Shown: positions 1 to 9,591 of the stretch, in pieces
Numbering within the stretch: position 1 is the first letter of the stretch
Layout of the letters: each line of letters opens with the position of its first letter
Sequence record: KY499642.1
Direction: 5' to 3' (one strand)
DNA length: 64,000 bases
Notes under the pieces: generated by a model
Seen by the model: the letters and a program-made list of their open reading frames with translations, nothing else
Database searches by the model: none
Told to the model about the DNA's origin: nothing
Made by a program: the position numbers and the translations under genes

Positions 1-6
1 GTTAAT

Positions 7-642
7 TTGTTCAAGGGTCAGAAGAGTCCTACTGAAGAATTCCGTAACTATGAACGTCAAACGGATGCGGCGATGAACCGTGGTGGGCTGGAAGTGGGTA
101 TCATCTCAATTGCACGTATGGACTTTCTACACATGAAGTCGCATTACGACCTGTCTGTATACTTACGTCGTCTGGAAATCGCACTACGTTACTTACGTCC
201 TACGCTTGCGGTGTATGATGTCCCGTTCCCTGAAGCACAATACAACTTCATCATTAACCGTCACGATCAAGAAGTCACCTCTTTCAACATTGTACTCACT
301 CGTAAGGATTTGCCTGAGCCAATCATCTTGCGTGCCGAGGTGTTGGATAACGGTGTATGGGAAGCAGGTGTATCAAACGAAGCTACGCCCTACCCTATGT
401 TTGAGAACGATGGATACGAGTCGGTCTATTGGGCAATGTTAAAGTCACAAGACCGCATGGTTAAACTAGGTGTGGCTAAGAAAACCATATCGAGCTACAC
501 GTTATTGGATTTGGAATACCACCTGTCTGCATACACGTACTTACGTACTGAAGACAACGTTAATGTAACTATTGGAATCATGGGATTGATTGATGAACAT
601 AAATACACTGAAAGCGAGCACGACGATTCAACACCTGCGTAA
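7..642 (+). CDS. hypothetical protein, probably truncated at window start
   Basis: 211-codon ORF; frame open to position 1; no recognised motif. Confidence 0.75.
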   Translation: MFKGQKSPTEEFRNYERQTDAAMNRGGLEVGIISIARMDFLHMKSHYDLSVYLRRLEIALRYLRPTLAVYDVPFPEAQYNFIINRHDQEVTSFNIVLTRKDLPEPIILRAEVLDNGVWEAGVSNEATPYPMFENDGYESVYWAMLKSQDRMVKLGVAKKTISSYTLLDLEYHLSAYTYLRTEDNVNVTIGIMGLIDEHKYTESEHDDSTPA

Positions 643-796
643 AGGTGATAAGTACACTGTACTTGCAGTGGGTAAAATGGAAGAGCGTGGCGGTAATTGG
701 GTACCGTCAGTTACGTTTCGTAAAATCAACACCGATGAAGTGTACACACGTGCAGCTTCCCGTGTAGCAATTAAGTTTAAAGTGGTGGAAGGATGA
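590..796 (+). CDS. small DUF1653-like (SH3-fold) protein
   Basis: QHLRKGDKYTVLAVG...VYTR...KF resembles the H-x-KG-x-x-Y-x-V..V-x-x-R...F pattern; stop overlaps next ATG (ATGA). Confidence 0.5.
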   Translation: MMNINTLKASTTIQHLRKGDKYTVLAVGKMEERGGNWVPSVTFRKINTDEVYTRAASRVAIKFKVVEG

Positions 797-1332
797 AAGA
801 CTTAGCGTTCTATCAACGTGTTAGTTTCAATGAAGCACAGTGGCAAGAGATTCGTACTATCTGGTATGAACTCTTTGACAAGCATAAAGAACTGATGCAA
901 GTTAACTTCAGCCATGTTCTGCCAGAGTACAAGGACGAGTTCTTCGAAGAGTCTCAATTGGTTGATTTAAATGGTGAGGTACTTACCGATCCAGATAAAG
1001 TGTACGGTGCTGAGAAAGTAGACTACCATACTGAAACTGACATTTCGGTTTACATTCAGATACATGAATTTAAGCCATATAGAAGTGTACCATTCCGCTT
1101 GTACCGACATATCACGCCGTCGTATGAGGGCGATGAAGAACCTGAGTTCCGCGTGTATAAAGTCCGTAGTCAGTTCTACTCAGTTGTTGCACTAGCATTA
1201 TTAAAGGCTATTGCATGTCGCTGGCCGGGAAGTATTGAAATGATGGATGAAGAAGACGAACTAGAGTTAGACTCTCACGTCTTAAACTACATCAATAAAT
1301 TCGCAAAACAATTTGAAGTACAGGGCGCATAG
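793..1332 (+). CDS. hypothetical protein
   Basis: 179 aa ORF, translationally coupled to upstream gene. Confidence 0.8.
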   Translation: MKDLAFYQRVSFNEAQWQEIRTIWYELFDKHKELMQVNFSHVLPEYKDEFFEESQLVDLNGEVLTDPDKVYGAEKVDYHTETDISVYIQIHEFKPYRSVPFRLYRHITPSYEGDEEPEFRVYKVRSQFYSVVALALLKAIACRWPGSIEMMDEEDELELDSHVLNYINKFAKQFEVQGA

Positions 1333-1361
1333 ACGCCCTCCTAATGGGAGATAGTAGTACC

Positions 1362-1886
1362 ATGAGTAAAGGTTTCACTAAGAAGCAAGTAGAACAAGCA
1401 AAGAAAACAGCACTAAACAACATCATCTTTTATGGTTCATCTGCGGTACGTGGCGTTACCTTTGAAGGGTTTGATACAATGGAACGCTTACTTCGACCTA
1501 AGAAGTACGAGCAAGCCGTAGAAGAACTTAAACACGAGTTACGTACTGAGAATCGTCCTTACATGTTTTGGGTGGCTGTGTTCCGTGAAGTTGAAGATGG
1601 TATTGAAATCGATACTTACCAAATCATCCACAAAGAACTTACGGTACCTGAGATCGACCTGTGGCTAAACGACTACATCACTCAGTGTATTCATGAGAAG
1701 AATCCTGAATCGTGTCAGGGTTATGGTTGGGTAGGTACGCCGTGTATGTATTTCGACTTCGATGCCGAAGAAGAAAAGCTGATTAAGCTGTTCGAACAAC
1801 AAGGCGTTTATGACCAAGAGAAGCGCCAACGTATCATTCATCAGTATACTGCGGAACAAATCGCTAAAATGAAAGGAAACATGTAA
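1362..1886 (+). CDS. hypothetical protein
   Basis: ORF 1344-1886; GGGAG SD precedes ATG at 1362. Confidence 0.8.
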   Translation: MSKGFTKKQVEQAKKTALNNIIFYGSSAVRGVTFEGFDTMERLLRPKKYEQAVEELKHELRTENRPYMFWVAVFREVEDGIEIDTYQIIHKELTVPEIDLWLNDYITQCIHEKNPESCQGYGWVGTPCMYFDFDAEEEKLIKLFEQQGVYDQEKRQRIIHQYTAEQIAKMKGNM

Positions 1887-2317
1887 TGGAATTTACAGTT
1901 TGTCTAGGTGTCCTGCATGAGCCAAGCCAATTTGGTAATGCAATGACTGAAGAACATGTGGTAGCAATGCAGAAGAAGATTGCAACGCATGGTGGCATTT
2001 ACGGGGAATGTGATTTCCCTAACCTTGAGGGGTTGTCTGATGAAGAATCATTCCGTCGCATCCGTCAAGTAGACCTCTCCAGAATCTCTCACTGCATCTC
2101 TAAGGTGTTTACTGAAGAGAATAAGGTAATGGCCTTAGTTAAACCATCAGGGCCATATGGTGGTGTTCTGGAGCAATATGTGGAGGGTGGTAAGAACACA
2201 ACGTTCAGTATCGCCAGCCACTCACAGCCTAAGTTTGGAATCCGTGGTCTAAAACGACCGCAGGAAAATGGGAATGACTTAATCGACATAGTGAGTTTTG
2301 ATTTAGTCGGTCCTTAA
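1886..2317 (+). CDS. degenerate paralog of phiKZ gp175/T4 gp21-type prohead protease
   Basis: YGECDFP...RQVDLSRISHCI..V...VKPSGPYG..L...FSIAS parallels GExxHP...ID..xSH...VKPxGPxG...FSxRS; His of GExxHP absent. Confidence 0.5.
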   Translation: MEFTVCLGVLHEPSQFGNAMTEEHVVAMQKKIATHGGIYGECDFPNLEGLSDEESFRRIRQVDLSRISHCISKVFTEENKVMALVKPSGPYGGVLEQYVEGGKNTTFSIASHSQPKFGIRGLKRPQENGNDLIDIVSFDLVGP

Positions 2318-2332
2318 TTGGGAGATACTAAT

Positions 2333-2650
2333 ATGATCCGTTTCACATGTGAGGTTAATCCTTCACTAGTACAACTAGGGGTCTTAGATGACCCTACTTT
2401 ACAACAACGTGTCGATAACTACAAAATCCCACTGGTTGTCGAAAACGATTTGGGTGACGATGTTATACTTTATAACGTCGGGCATGTGTCGGACTTATAT
2501 ATCGCAAAGGGCGCGCTGCAAGTCAGCGTTGCCTTTAAAGCATCTATTGCTTTTTATTTCGACAGCATAAATGAAGTGGAGTTATTACCCGTACTGATTG
2601 GGTACGGAAGCGATTGGAGATTGTTACGGTTTGACGTTAAGAAAAAATAA
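2333..2650 (+). CDS. hypothetical protein
   Basis: GGGAG SD before ATG 2333. Confidence 0.75.
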   Translation: MIRFTCEVNPSLVQLGVLDDPTLQQRVDNYKIPLVVENDLGDDVILYNVGHVSDLYIAKGALQVSVAFKASIAFYFDSINEVELLPVLIGYGSDWRLLRFDVKKK

Positions 2651-2654
2651 TAAA

Positions 2655-3092
2655 ATGGTGAGGGAGTCTCTCAAGACTATCCCATCAAAGACCCGAACGG
2701 GCATCCGGCGTACAAGAATCTTTCGTGTTAAACCACAGCGGTTCTTACCTATGGCACATCTTGATATGGTTGTGCCGCAATATTTACGGGATAACGTTAA
2801 ACTAGATGAGTTAGTGGAGACACTCACGTTAGACTGTGTGCCTATCGTAGCAACGCAGGAGGAACAGATGAGTCTAACTGATTTAGTTGTGGCGCGTAAA
2901 GATAGTATCGTTGGCTTTACTAAGGGTGCCTCAATCACTGACAACAAGTTGCGTATTTTAATACAGCCTACTGGATTGTATGGTCATTTACTAACAAGTA
3001 AACATGTTAGCATCAAATGGTCATTAGGCGACCGTAAATCGAAGTATAAGAGTTTACGTTATCTCATAATGGAACGTGTTCGAATACAATAG
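2655..3092 (+). CDS. hypothetical protein
   Basis: ORF 2598-3092, ATG at 2655 just after upstream stop; IQPTGLYGHLL weakly echoes VKPSGPYGGVL of the 1886 gene. Confidence 0.65.
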   Translation: MVRESLKTIPSKTRTGIRRTRIFRVKPQRFLPMAHLDMVVPQYLRDNVKLDELVETLTLDCVPIVATQEEQMSLTDLVVARKDSIVGFTKGASITDNKLRILIQPTGLYGHLLTSKHVSIKWSLGDRKSKYKSLRYLIMERVRIQ

Positions 3093-3101
3093 GAGTTTGT
3101 T

Positions 3102-3485
3102 ATGCCAACGTCAGGGTATAGTGATTTAGATACGCCAGAAATGGAACTCGCACTTGAGAGTGAGCGTCCGGGTGTGGTTGAAGTGAATAACAAGAGCGAT
3201 GTACAGGCAGTAGGTGCGTTGTTCGACCAGTTGTACAAACGGGTAGAGATAGTACATGCCGTGAAGATTACAGAAATCCACGGTAACAATCTAACTCTCT
3301 CCGAACATGAAATCTCCGCAGTGTTGTCTTTTGATGACCAATGGTTTGCGATTAACCGTCCGGCAGTTGGCGGTTACATCGTATTTGGTGAAGACAACGT
3401 TGCGAAGTATCTGGATGAGCTAACATTCTGTAAGCAATACCATCCAAGCATAAAAGTGGCTGAGCCTCAACCACTTCTTACATAA
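3102..3485 (+). CDS. small conserved phage protein (V-x-A-x-KI...P-x-VGGY-x-V pattern)
   Basis: AGGAG SD; VHAVKI...WFAINRPAVGGYIVFGED...F. Confidence 0.7.
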   Translation: MPTSGYSDLDTPEMELALESERPGVVEVNNKSDVQAVGALFDQLYKRVEIVHAVKITEIHGNNLTLSEHEISAVLSFDDQWFAINRPAVGGYIVFGEDNVAKYLDELTFCKQYHPSIKVAEPQPLLT

Positions 3486-3516
3486 CGGGTAGACGAAGTC
3501 CCCATAAGGAAACAAG

Positions 3517-4719
3517 ATGAGAATTGAGAATTTTGAACTACGTGATATCGCAGCAGTCCGTAAATATTTCCGACTAGACCAAGTCGTTGGTGATGTTTCT
3601 GAAGGACTAGCGGTACCGCCCGATGCGGAGAAAACGTATCAGATTGCACACAAAGTATCCAGTGAACTTAAGAGTTCATGGGGCACGGTGTCGTGGTTCA
3701 CTAATAAAGAGCTGGTAGAGTTAACCTCCCTTGCTATGTTAATCGCATCTAAAGACTGTGAAAATGACCGAGTGGATGACCTAGGTCGAACGTCCTATTG
3801 TATAGCGAAGCGTATGCATTGTAGTCATATCTTTGGACACAACCGTTACGACATCGACCGTCTAGGTGGCGAAGGATTATTTGGTGGTCGCACCGCTATC
3901 TTGGCGATTGTGTACAAGATTATGCTTGACTGGAAAGTGGATGGTAACACCGTTCGTAATTTCGACAAGCTACTTCGTGATGATATCATTAAGTATCTGT
4001 ACACTACAGTGAATACGTTGTTCGGCCCAATTGTTTCACCATTAACCCGTGGCGTAGCCGAAGGTGATGTCATTGAAGGCGTGTTACGTCATAATGAAGA
4101 TGACCCATCGACAAATGCGTCGCCTCGCATGTTCTGTGGTTTGTTTAATCAGTATGATAAAACACGAATCATCTTAGCACATGAGTTGAATGTTCATAAC
4201 CTACATCCAGACTGTGATAAGGGATTGATTGAAGTAGCCGTGGCTGCGAACTATGTTCATGACTACATGCATGTGCAGGGATATGAAAACGTTAAGACTG
4301 GTGTCGAATTCATTCGCAGACTTGCGCATAATGACAAGATTATCCACTTCCTTGGGAAACGTCAATCTAATCGACTAGACCGAATGGTTGAAGTGTTAGA
4401 TTTGATGCCGTGGCAAACGGAAATGAAAATGTCTTTGGTTCTGTCGCAGATACTGCGTGAGTTCACTGTAGATGAAATCGCTAGTCGTTTACGTGGTGAT
4501 TTGCGTGCACAGATGTTGGAAGTACATTCCCGATATGCACGATTGGTGTTTGATAACTACGAAATCGAGTTCGAAGAAAGACACCTTTTTGAAGGATGGG
4601 AGAAACGTGAAGAGCGTTTGAAGTTATTCATGCAGGTGTTAGATCAAGCTACTGTTTCAGGACTGGTAAATTCGTTTTACCCACTCAAGATAATCGGCAC
4701 CCCGATTGAAGAGAAATAA
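3517..4719 (+). CDS. hypothetical protein (400 aa)
   Basis: long ORF ending just before a terminator. Confidence 0.85.
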   Translation: MRIENFELRDIAAVRKYFRLDQVVGDVSEGLAVPPDAEKTYQIAHKVSSELKSSWGTVSWFTNKELVELTSLAMLIASKDCENDRVDDLGRTSYCIAKRMHCSHIFGHNRYDIDRLGGEGLFGGRTAILAIVYKIMLDWKVDGNTVRNFDKLLRDDIIKYLYTTVNTLFGPIVSPLTRGVAEGDVIEGVLRHNEDDPSTNASPRMFCGLFNQYDKTRIILAHELNVHNLHPDCDKGLIEVAVAANYVHDYMHVQGYENVKTGVEFIRRLAHNDKIIHFLGKRQSNRLDRMVEVLDLMPWQTEMKMSLVLSQILREFTVDEIASRLRGDLRAQMLEVHSRYARLVFDNYEIEFEERHLFEGWEKREERLKLFMQVLDQATVSGLVNSFYPLKIIGTPIEEK

Positions 4720-4727
4720 ATAGAGAT

Positions 4728-4756
4728 GAAGAGGGTCAAAGCCCTCTTCTTTTTTT
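4728..4756 (+). terminator. intrinsic terminator
   Basis: GAAGAGGG-tcaaag-CCCTCTTC followed by T-run, between convergent genes. Confidence 0.8.
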
Positions 4757-4969
4757 GTCTCTATACAGTAGGTACAGAATGGCATAGGTAATGGTGTAGG
4801 TGGTGGATACAATAACTACCATGTTCAGGTAGTCGCTCGCGATGGTAGGATAGATAATGCTATGGATAAAAGCGCATGTTGTACCATCTGTACTGGCCAG
4901 TAGGTAAATCATGCCATAAATAAACAGGCTGACTGTTACGGACACAGCTTTCTTGATTACGCTGGTCAT
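4736..4969 (-). CDS. small membrane protein (two hydrophobic segments, basic C-terminus)
   Basis: 77 aa; GGAG SD upstream on - strand; ends RDKKRRGL. Confidence 0.65.
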   Translation of the reverse strand: MTSVIKKAVSVTVSLFIYGMIYLLASTDGTTCAFIHSIIYPTIASDYLNMVVIVSTTYTITYAILYLLYRDKKRRGL

Positions 4970-5118
4970 TGTAATACTCCGATTGTCTCACAGATAAGGG
5001 CTTTCTCATAGGATTTCTTTTTTTGTCAACATTACACCGTAGATCTAGAGTCTAGCAGGGTTCTGCGAATAAAAAAGGCAAATGCTATGTGTAGATGCCA
5101 AATAGAAGAGGAGACAAC

Positions 5119-6723
5119 ATGGCTATTGACATCTCTAAACACCCGGAGGATTTGTTGGCGGCACGAATCTCCGAGGTGAACCCAAACTTGCCTGCCCTAA
5201 CTCGAAACGAAATTAACATTCGTCGTATTACACCATTCACCGTTGACCGTTGGGATATGGCTATTGACAAAGGTGCCGATAACTACATCGCAGGTTACCC
5301 GACAGTTCGTTACATTGAACCGCCTAAATGGAGTTCTCGTGATTACGCGGGTTTTGTAGTGCGTAAGACTCTAACGTTCTCTGGTAATCAGATTCTGTTA
5401 AAGGCGCGTTCCGATAACAACTTTACGGTCTACATTGATGGTGTAAGTGTCCTAAGTGGTACTGATTACATGACGGTTTACGAAGCGACCATCCAACCAA
5501 CTGCTGGTGATCATGAAGTGTTAATTTCTTCGTACGATCAAACAGGCGGTGCTGGCTTAGCATTCGTGTTCGATGACAACGGCACGCTCGTTGTGTCTGA
5601 TACAACATGGCCTTGTACTGAATACACTGGACAAGACCCACTGTTCTACTCCGGTGAAATCTACGAGACTACTGCTGAAGTCGATATGAAGATTGCACCA
5701 TCTGAGGCTTTTGGCGACTTCGTTGAGTTCCGCTACCCACGTATTCCAATCGATAAACTGTTTGGTCAAATCGATGAAGATACAGGAACCGTAGAAGTAG
5801 AAGTGAAGTACCCGTTAGACCAAATCCAAATGTTGTCTGGAGCGCTGGATAACTTTGAACAGATTTATACTAACTGGTATCGTTTCTCACATAACACGTC
5901 TGGTAACTATCCGGCTAATGAAGCTGAACTGAATGGTTGGAGTTACATCGCTGAATACGACTGTATCCAATCTACTCAGAACTCAGGTACTTACGTAGGC
6001 TTTATCTCCGATGACTTTGCAGACGACTACATCTTTAGTACGTTAGTCTCAGCACAGAACTCGGACGACGATGCTATCAACATTAACCTTGGCGCATTTA
6101 AGCAAGGTGATATTGATGCACGCGAACATACGTTGTCGGTATGTTGTGCTCGTGGTGGTGTGAATGGTGCGTTCATTACTGTCTACGATAACTACTTGCA
6201 GTCTGACGCTAAGCGCCTAATCACTATTGATGGAAACACTACTGACCGACCAAACAACGGCATTGGCTGGACGCCTTGGTACGCTCACGTATACGCTCGC
6301 CGCACTGGTGATAAGATTTACGTATGGGTATTGATGGAAGAAGTCCCTACGGTAGAAGGCAAGACTCGTGATGAAATCCTACTTGGTTTGGTGGATGACT
6401 CTGCTGCATTAACTGAAGCAGACTTCATTGCGCGTGGTTACAAAGCTGCGGTCATTGATCTCGCAACTCAAGCGCCGCGCTTCAACCGTTCTGTTCGTTA
6501 CGGTTACGGTCAGTACTCTCAGTCTTATGCACGTTTCTGGAACATTCGTCGTCCGAACGATAACCCAGAAGTGACGCCTGAACTGAAACAGTACTTCCTA
6601 ACTACCTTTGGTTTTAACATGGGTGACAATGGTATTGAAGTAGAGAACCTCGGTGCTAACAAGTTCCAGATTTCATTTGATAACGTCTTGTACAAAGGCG
6701 ATTTGACAATGTTGCCGTACTAA
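5119..6723 (+). CDS. putative virion/fibre-associated protein with PA14-like beta-sandwich and thrombospondin C-terminal-like lectin domain
   Basis: GAGGAG SD before ATG 5119; ARSDNNFTVYIDG...GDHEVLIS...GGAGL (PA14-like); STQNS...SDDDAI...RYGYGQYSQ shared with C-termini of the 1716 and 1714 aa fibres. Confidence 0.7.
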   Translation: MAIDISKHPEDLLAARISEVNPNLPALTRNEINIRRITPFTVDRWDMAIDKGADNYIAGYPTVRYIEPPKWSSRDYAGFVVRKTLTFSGNQILLKARSDNNFTVYIDGVSVLSGTDYMTVYEATIQPTAGDHEVLISSYDQTGGAGLAFVFDDNGTLVVSDTTWPCTEYTGQDPLFYSGEIYETTAEVDMKIAPSEAFGDFVEFRYPRIPIDKLFGQIDEDTGTVEVEVKYPLDQIQMLSGALDNFEQIYTNWYRFSHNTSGNYPANEAELNGWSYIAEYDCIQSTQNSGTYVGFISDDFADDYIFSTLVSAQNSDDDAININLGAFKQGDIDAREHTLSVCCARGGVNGAFITVYDNYLQSDAKRLITIDGNTTDRPNNGIGWTPWYAHVYARRTGDKIYVWVLMEEVPTVEGKTRDEILLGLVDDSAALTEADFIARGYKAAVIDLATQAPRFNRSVRYGYGQYSQSYARFWNIRRPNDNPEVTPELKQYFLTTFGFNMGDNGIEVENLGANKFQISFDNVLYKGDLTMLPY

Positions 6724-6743
6724 GCTTTTATATTGAGATAATA

Positions 6744-7052
6744 ATGAGACTTCGAGAATTAACCGATGTGGCGTTTAAATATCGTCACGTTAAAACAGGT
6801 GAGGTGATTTACGCACTACCAGTATTAACACATATCACGACCCACATCAAAACAAAGGGAAGTCATGGCCGCATTTTCTTGTTGGATATGACGTACTTCA
6901 AGAACCGCATCGAGGAATATGAGAATGGTGCATGGGTGTATGTGAGTGAACCAGAGATTCGTCGAATCATGATGTTCAACACAAAACACGCTAACATCTA
7001 TCAAACGACTCGAACTAAACTCATCACTGAGTATGATGAAATTACTGCATAA
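6744..7052 (+). CDS. hypothetical protein
   Basis: 102 aa ORF followed by terminator. Confidence 0.75.
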   Translation: MRLRELTDVAFKYRHVKTGEVIYALPVLTHITTHIKTKGSHGRIFLLDMTYFKNRIEEYENGAWVYVSEPEIRRIMMFNTKHANIYQTTRTKLITEYDEITA

Positions 7053-7086
7053 AGAGTGAGGGCTTCGGCCCTCCTCTTTTTTTTTT
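7051..7086 (+). terminator. intrinsic terminator
   Basis: GAGGGC-TTCG-GCCCTC then long T-run. Confidence 0.9.
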
Positions 7087-7095
7087 GTGCCAGTG

Positions 7096-7126
7096 AAAAA
7101 TAATGCGGATATATATCATGTAAGTG
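7096..7126 (+). promoter_or_regulatory. phage early-promoter-like motif, copy 1
   Basis: AAAAATAATGCGGATATATATCATGTAAGTG; 5 copies in window, all intergenic and upstream of + strand genes. Confidence 0.75.
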
Positions 7127-7162
7127 ATGTACACACAATGAACTTTTATAAACGAGGTAATA

Positions 7163-7471
7163 ATGACTACGCAAAGAGAACGTGACGAACAGGTCATACG
7201 TGATGGTAAACAGCATGTGACTATGATGGAACTCACAGTTACTAAGGATGGTGATGACTACACTGTTGGTAACGTGATGGCGGAACGTCACGGACACGAG
7301 TTAGGTGATGAGTACCTTTGGCATAGTGATTCTGGAGCATTGTGGGAGAACGTTGCAAAATGTCGCCAGTGTTCAATTAAAGCCCGATACAGAAACACCA
7401 CGTATATCCTAGATAATGATGATATCAATCTTATCGACGACATTGATATCGAGGAAATTAAGAATGACTAA
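7163..7471 (+). CDS. hypothetical early protein
   Basis: GAGGT SD; first ORF after promoter motif. Confidence 0.8.
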   Translation: MTTQRERDEQVIRDGKQHVTMMELTVTKDGDDYTVGNVMAERHGHELGDEYLWHSDSGALWENVAKCRQCSIKARYRNTTYILDNDDINLIDDIDIEEIKND

Positions 7472-8126
7472 TGTAATCACACATGACTTTGGATTCCGTG
7501 ACCCTAACGGTTATGATCCAGATAACCGATTCGATGTTGGAACGACCGGGTTAATCATGACGGTGGACTGGTTACTTAAAGTCTATCAGGACGCAGCGAT
7601 GGAATTGTTTCATGAGCATGATGAACATGAGATTGCTAAACTGTTCCCAGTGTTTGAAGTGTTCCGCACGGTCTACCAAGGTATCCTAATTCCGTTCAAG
7701 GTAACTAGTGGTATCACTATCCGCCGTGACCGAACAGTGAAGAAGAACTACTCTATCTTTGGATTACATTACCCACTCGATTCAATGAAAGATGTAGAAA
7801 AGCTCAAAGCGCAAGGTAAAGAGCCTGATCCAGAATTCCAAGTAGAGGTCACTTACGGCAACTACGAAGATGACTTCACGGAAGAAACGATGTTTGGTAA
7901 TACATCCACTCAAGTTCCTCCAATCCCAGACGGCTGTGTTTTGCATAGTAACTACTACCATGCATTGATTACCAACATCAACACGGTTGTCGCAAATCAC
8001 GGTGGCTTCAGTAGGGCTACCGAGGCAGACGATGCTAATAAGTCACCAGCACTTATTGGTTTCATTCCCTACTCTGGTGCTAACTACATTCGAATCTCGC
8101 TTGTAATCACCAACAAATCAAAATAA
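7464..8126 (+). CDS. hypothetical protein
   Basis: GAGGA SD before ATG 7464. Confidence 0.8.
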   Translation: MTNVITHDFGFRDPNGYDPDNRFDVGTTGLIMTVDWLLKVYQDAAMELFHEHDEHEIAKLFPVFEVFRTVYQGILIPFKVTSGITIRRDRTVKKNYSIFGLHYPLDSMKDVEKLKAQGKEPDPEFQVEVTYGNYEDDFTEETMFGNTSTQVPPIPDGCVLHSNYYHALITNINTVVANHGGFSRATEADDANKSPALIGFIPYSGANYIRISLVITNKSK

Positions 8127-8150
8127 CGTAAACAATAGGAGCATTCTAAA

Positions 8151-8711
8151 ATGCGCATTAACGATACTCAAATCATGAATTCAAAACCTAAGTTCGCTAC
8201 ACTGTTCTCTAATGCGAACTACTTTATGGGCGTCTACTTCCTGACCTTGAAAGACCGCTACGTTCGTAATCCACTCCCAATCCAAGAAGTGTTGTCAGAA
8301 GTGGAAGAGACGTATCCGGTACTGAAGAACAAGCCATACCACTACATGCGTTCTGACGAGTTGTTGGTTATCCACGACCGTACAGATGCTAACTTAGTAG
8401 CTGCGGTAGAAGCGTGTCAAGAAGACCGTAAGAACAAACAGCCATCGTTCGGCTTTGTTGCCCCGTCTTCTGGTAACCGTGATCCGCTAGAGCGTTTCAA
8501 CATGCACAATCATCAGGACTTCCGTCCTAATGAATCTGACAAGTACACCTCGGTGCGTTTGGCAGAACACATGCGCGAGCCTCGCTACAACGTATGGATG
8601 ATTGACGTATGTCCTGAGTTCGGTATGAACACAGTGATCATCGACGGTGTTATCGCAATCGACTTCTCTAAGCCAGCTGAGCTGAAGACTAGCGAAGACG
8701 AAGATAATTAA
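8151..8711 (+). CDS. hypothetical protein
   Basis: AGGAG SD; 186 aa. Confidence 0.85.
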   Translation: MRINDTQIMNSKPKFATLFSNANYFMGVYFLTLKDRYVRNPLPIQEVLSEVEETYPVLKNKPYHYMRSDELLVIHDRTDANLVAAVEACQEDRKNKQPSFGFVAPSSGNRDPLERFNMHNHQDFRPNESDKYTSVRLAEHMREPRYNVWMIDVCPEFGMNTVIIDGVIAIDFSKPAELKTSEDEDN

Positions 8712-8775
8712 TCACATGGGTGCGAATTGGTTGAAAGACTGATTCGCATTCTTTCTTTTTTGTAAGGGAGTACAT

Positions 8776-9591
8776 ATGTCTGGCATAATCAGCATGTCAA
8801 TGTCTCTTGCGGAAGGCATTGTTAATCGCGACCTCCGCACCCTAAAGAAAAGAACTATGTCCGTCCCTGACCTGTATGTTGCCATGTCACTACCCCACTC
8901 ACGTCGTTCTGGCAGTAAGCGAGTGAAGTACTTCGAAGAGCTGTTAAAGAGTTTTCGTGGGTACTCGGTAAGTGAAGCACAATTCAGTAAGAAGCGTCGG
9001 TATAGTTTCATACTCTGGGAAATCAACGAATGGGATGGGTTAGACCGCGTTGATGTTACTATCAAGAAGAACACCATTGAAGTTACACCTGTCTGTTTCG
9101 GCGTTACGTTCCATGCGTTAGCAAGGATACTTTATCGACGCAACTTGATGGATTTAGAATCCGGCATGGTGGAATTGAATTACCATTTGGAAATGCATCC
9201 ATTGGTGGTGTCTCAAGTAGTACATTCTAACTCACAGAAGAACGTTCGTACCGCTAACGGTTTCTTCATCTCTAAGATAATGAACGATGGTTGTATTCGT
9301 GCCGTAACTTGGGTAGATGAAGCCAAAGGTGGACGTGAACAATTAGAGCATAACTCTAACCTTTATACTACAATTCGTGGCTTAGCAGAATCTCGTGGTT
9401 TAACGGTTCAAGAATACCTACAGATGTGTATTCGTGAAACGGAAATGGGAGCATATAAGTCGTTTCGTAATGGCTACATAAAAGATGGCGGTGATGTAGA
9501 TGATGTCGAAGCGATGGCGGCATACTACGAACGTCGTATCATTGAAATATCAAAAGAAGTGGCAGAATCAGAGGAGCCTGTAAATGCCTAA
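8776..9591 (+). CDS. hypothetical protein
   Basis: GGGAG SD; 271 aa. Confidence 0.8.
   Translation: MSGIISMSMSLAEGIVNRDLRTLKKRTMSVPDLYVAMSLPHSRRSGSKRVKYFEELLKSFRGYSVSEAQFSKKRRYSFILWEINEWDGLDRVDVTIKKNTIEVTPVCFGVTFHALARILYRRNLMDLESGMVELNYHLEMHPLVVSQVVHSNSQKNVRTANGFFISKIMNDGCIRAVTWVDEAKGGREQLEHNSNLYTTIRGLAESRGLTVQEYLQMCIRETEMGAYKSFRNGYIKDGGDVDDVEAMAAYYERRIIEISKEVAESEEPVNA

Noticed and set aside
5005-5030. TTGACA on the - strand upstream of the 4969 gene
   Set aside because: No -10 hexamer at 16-18 nt spacing (TATGAG is only 13 nt away)
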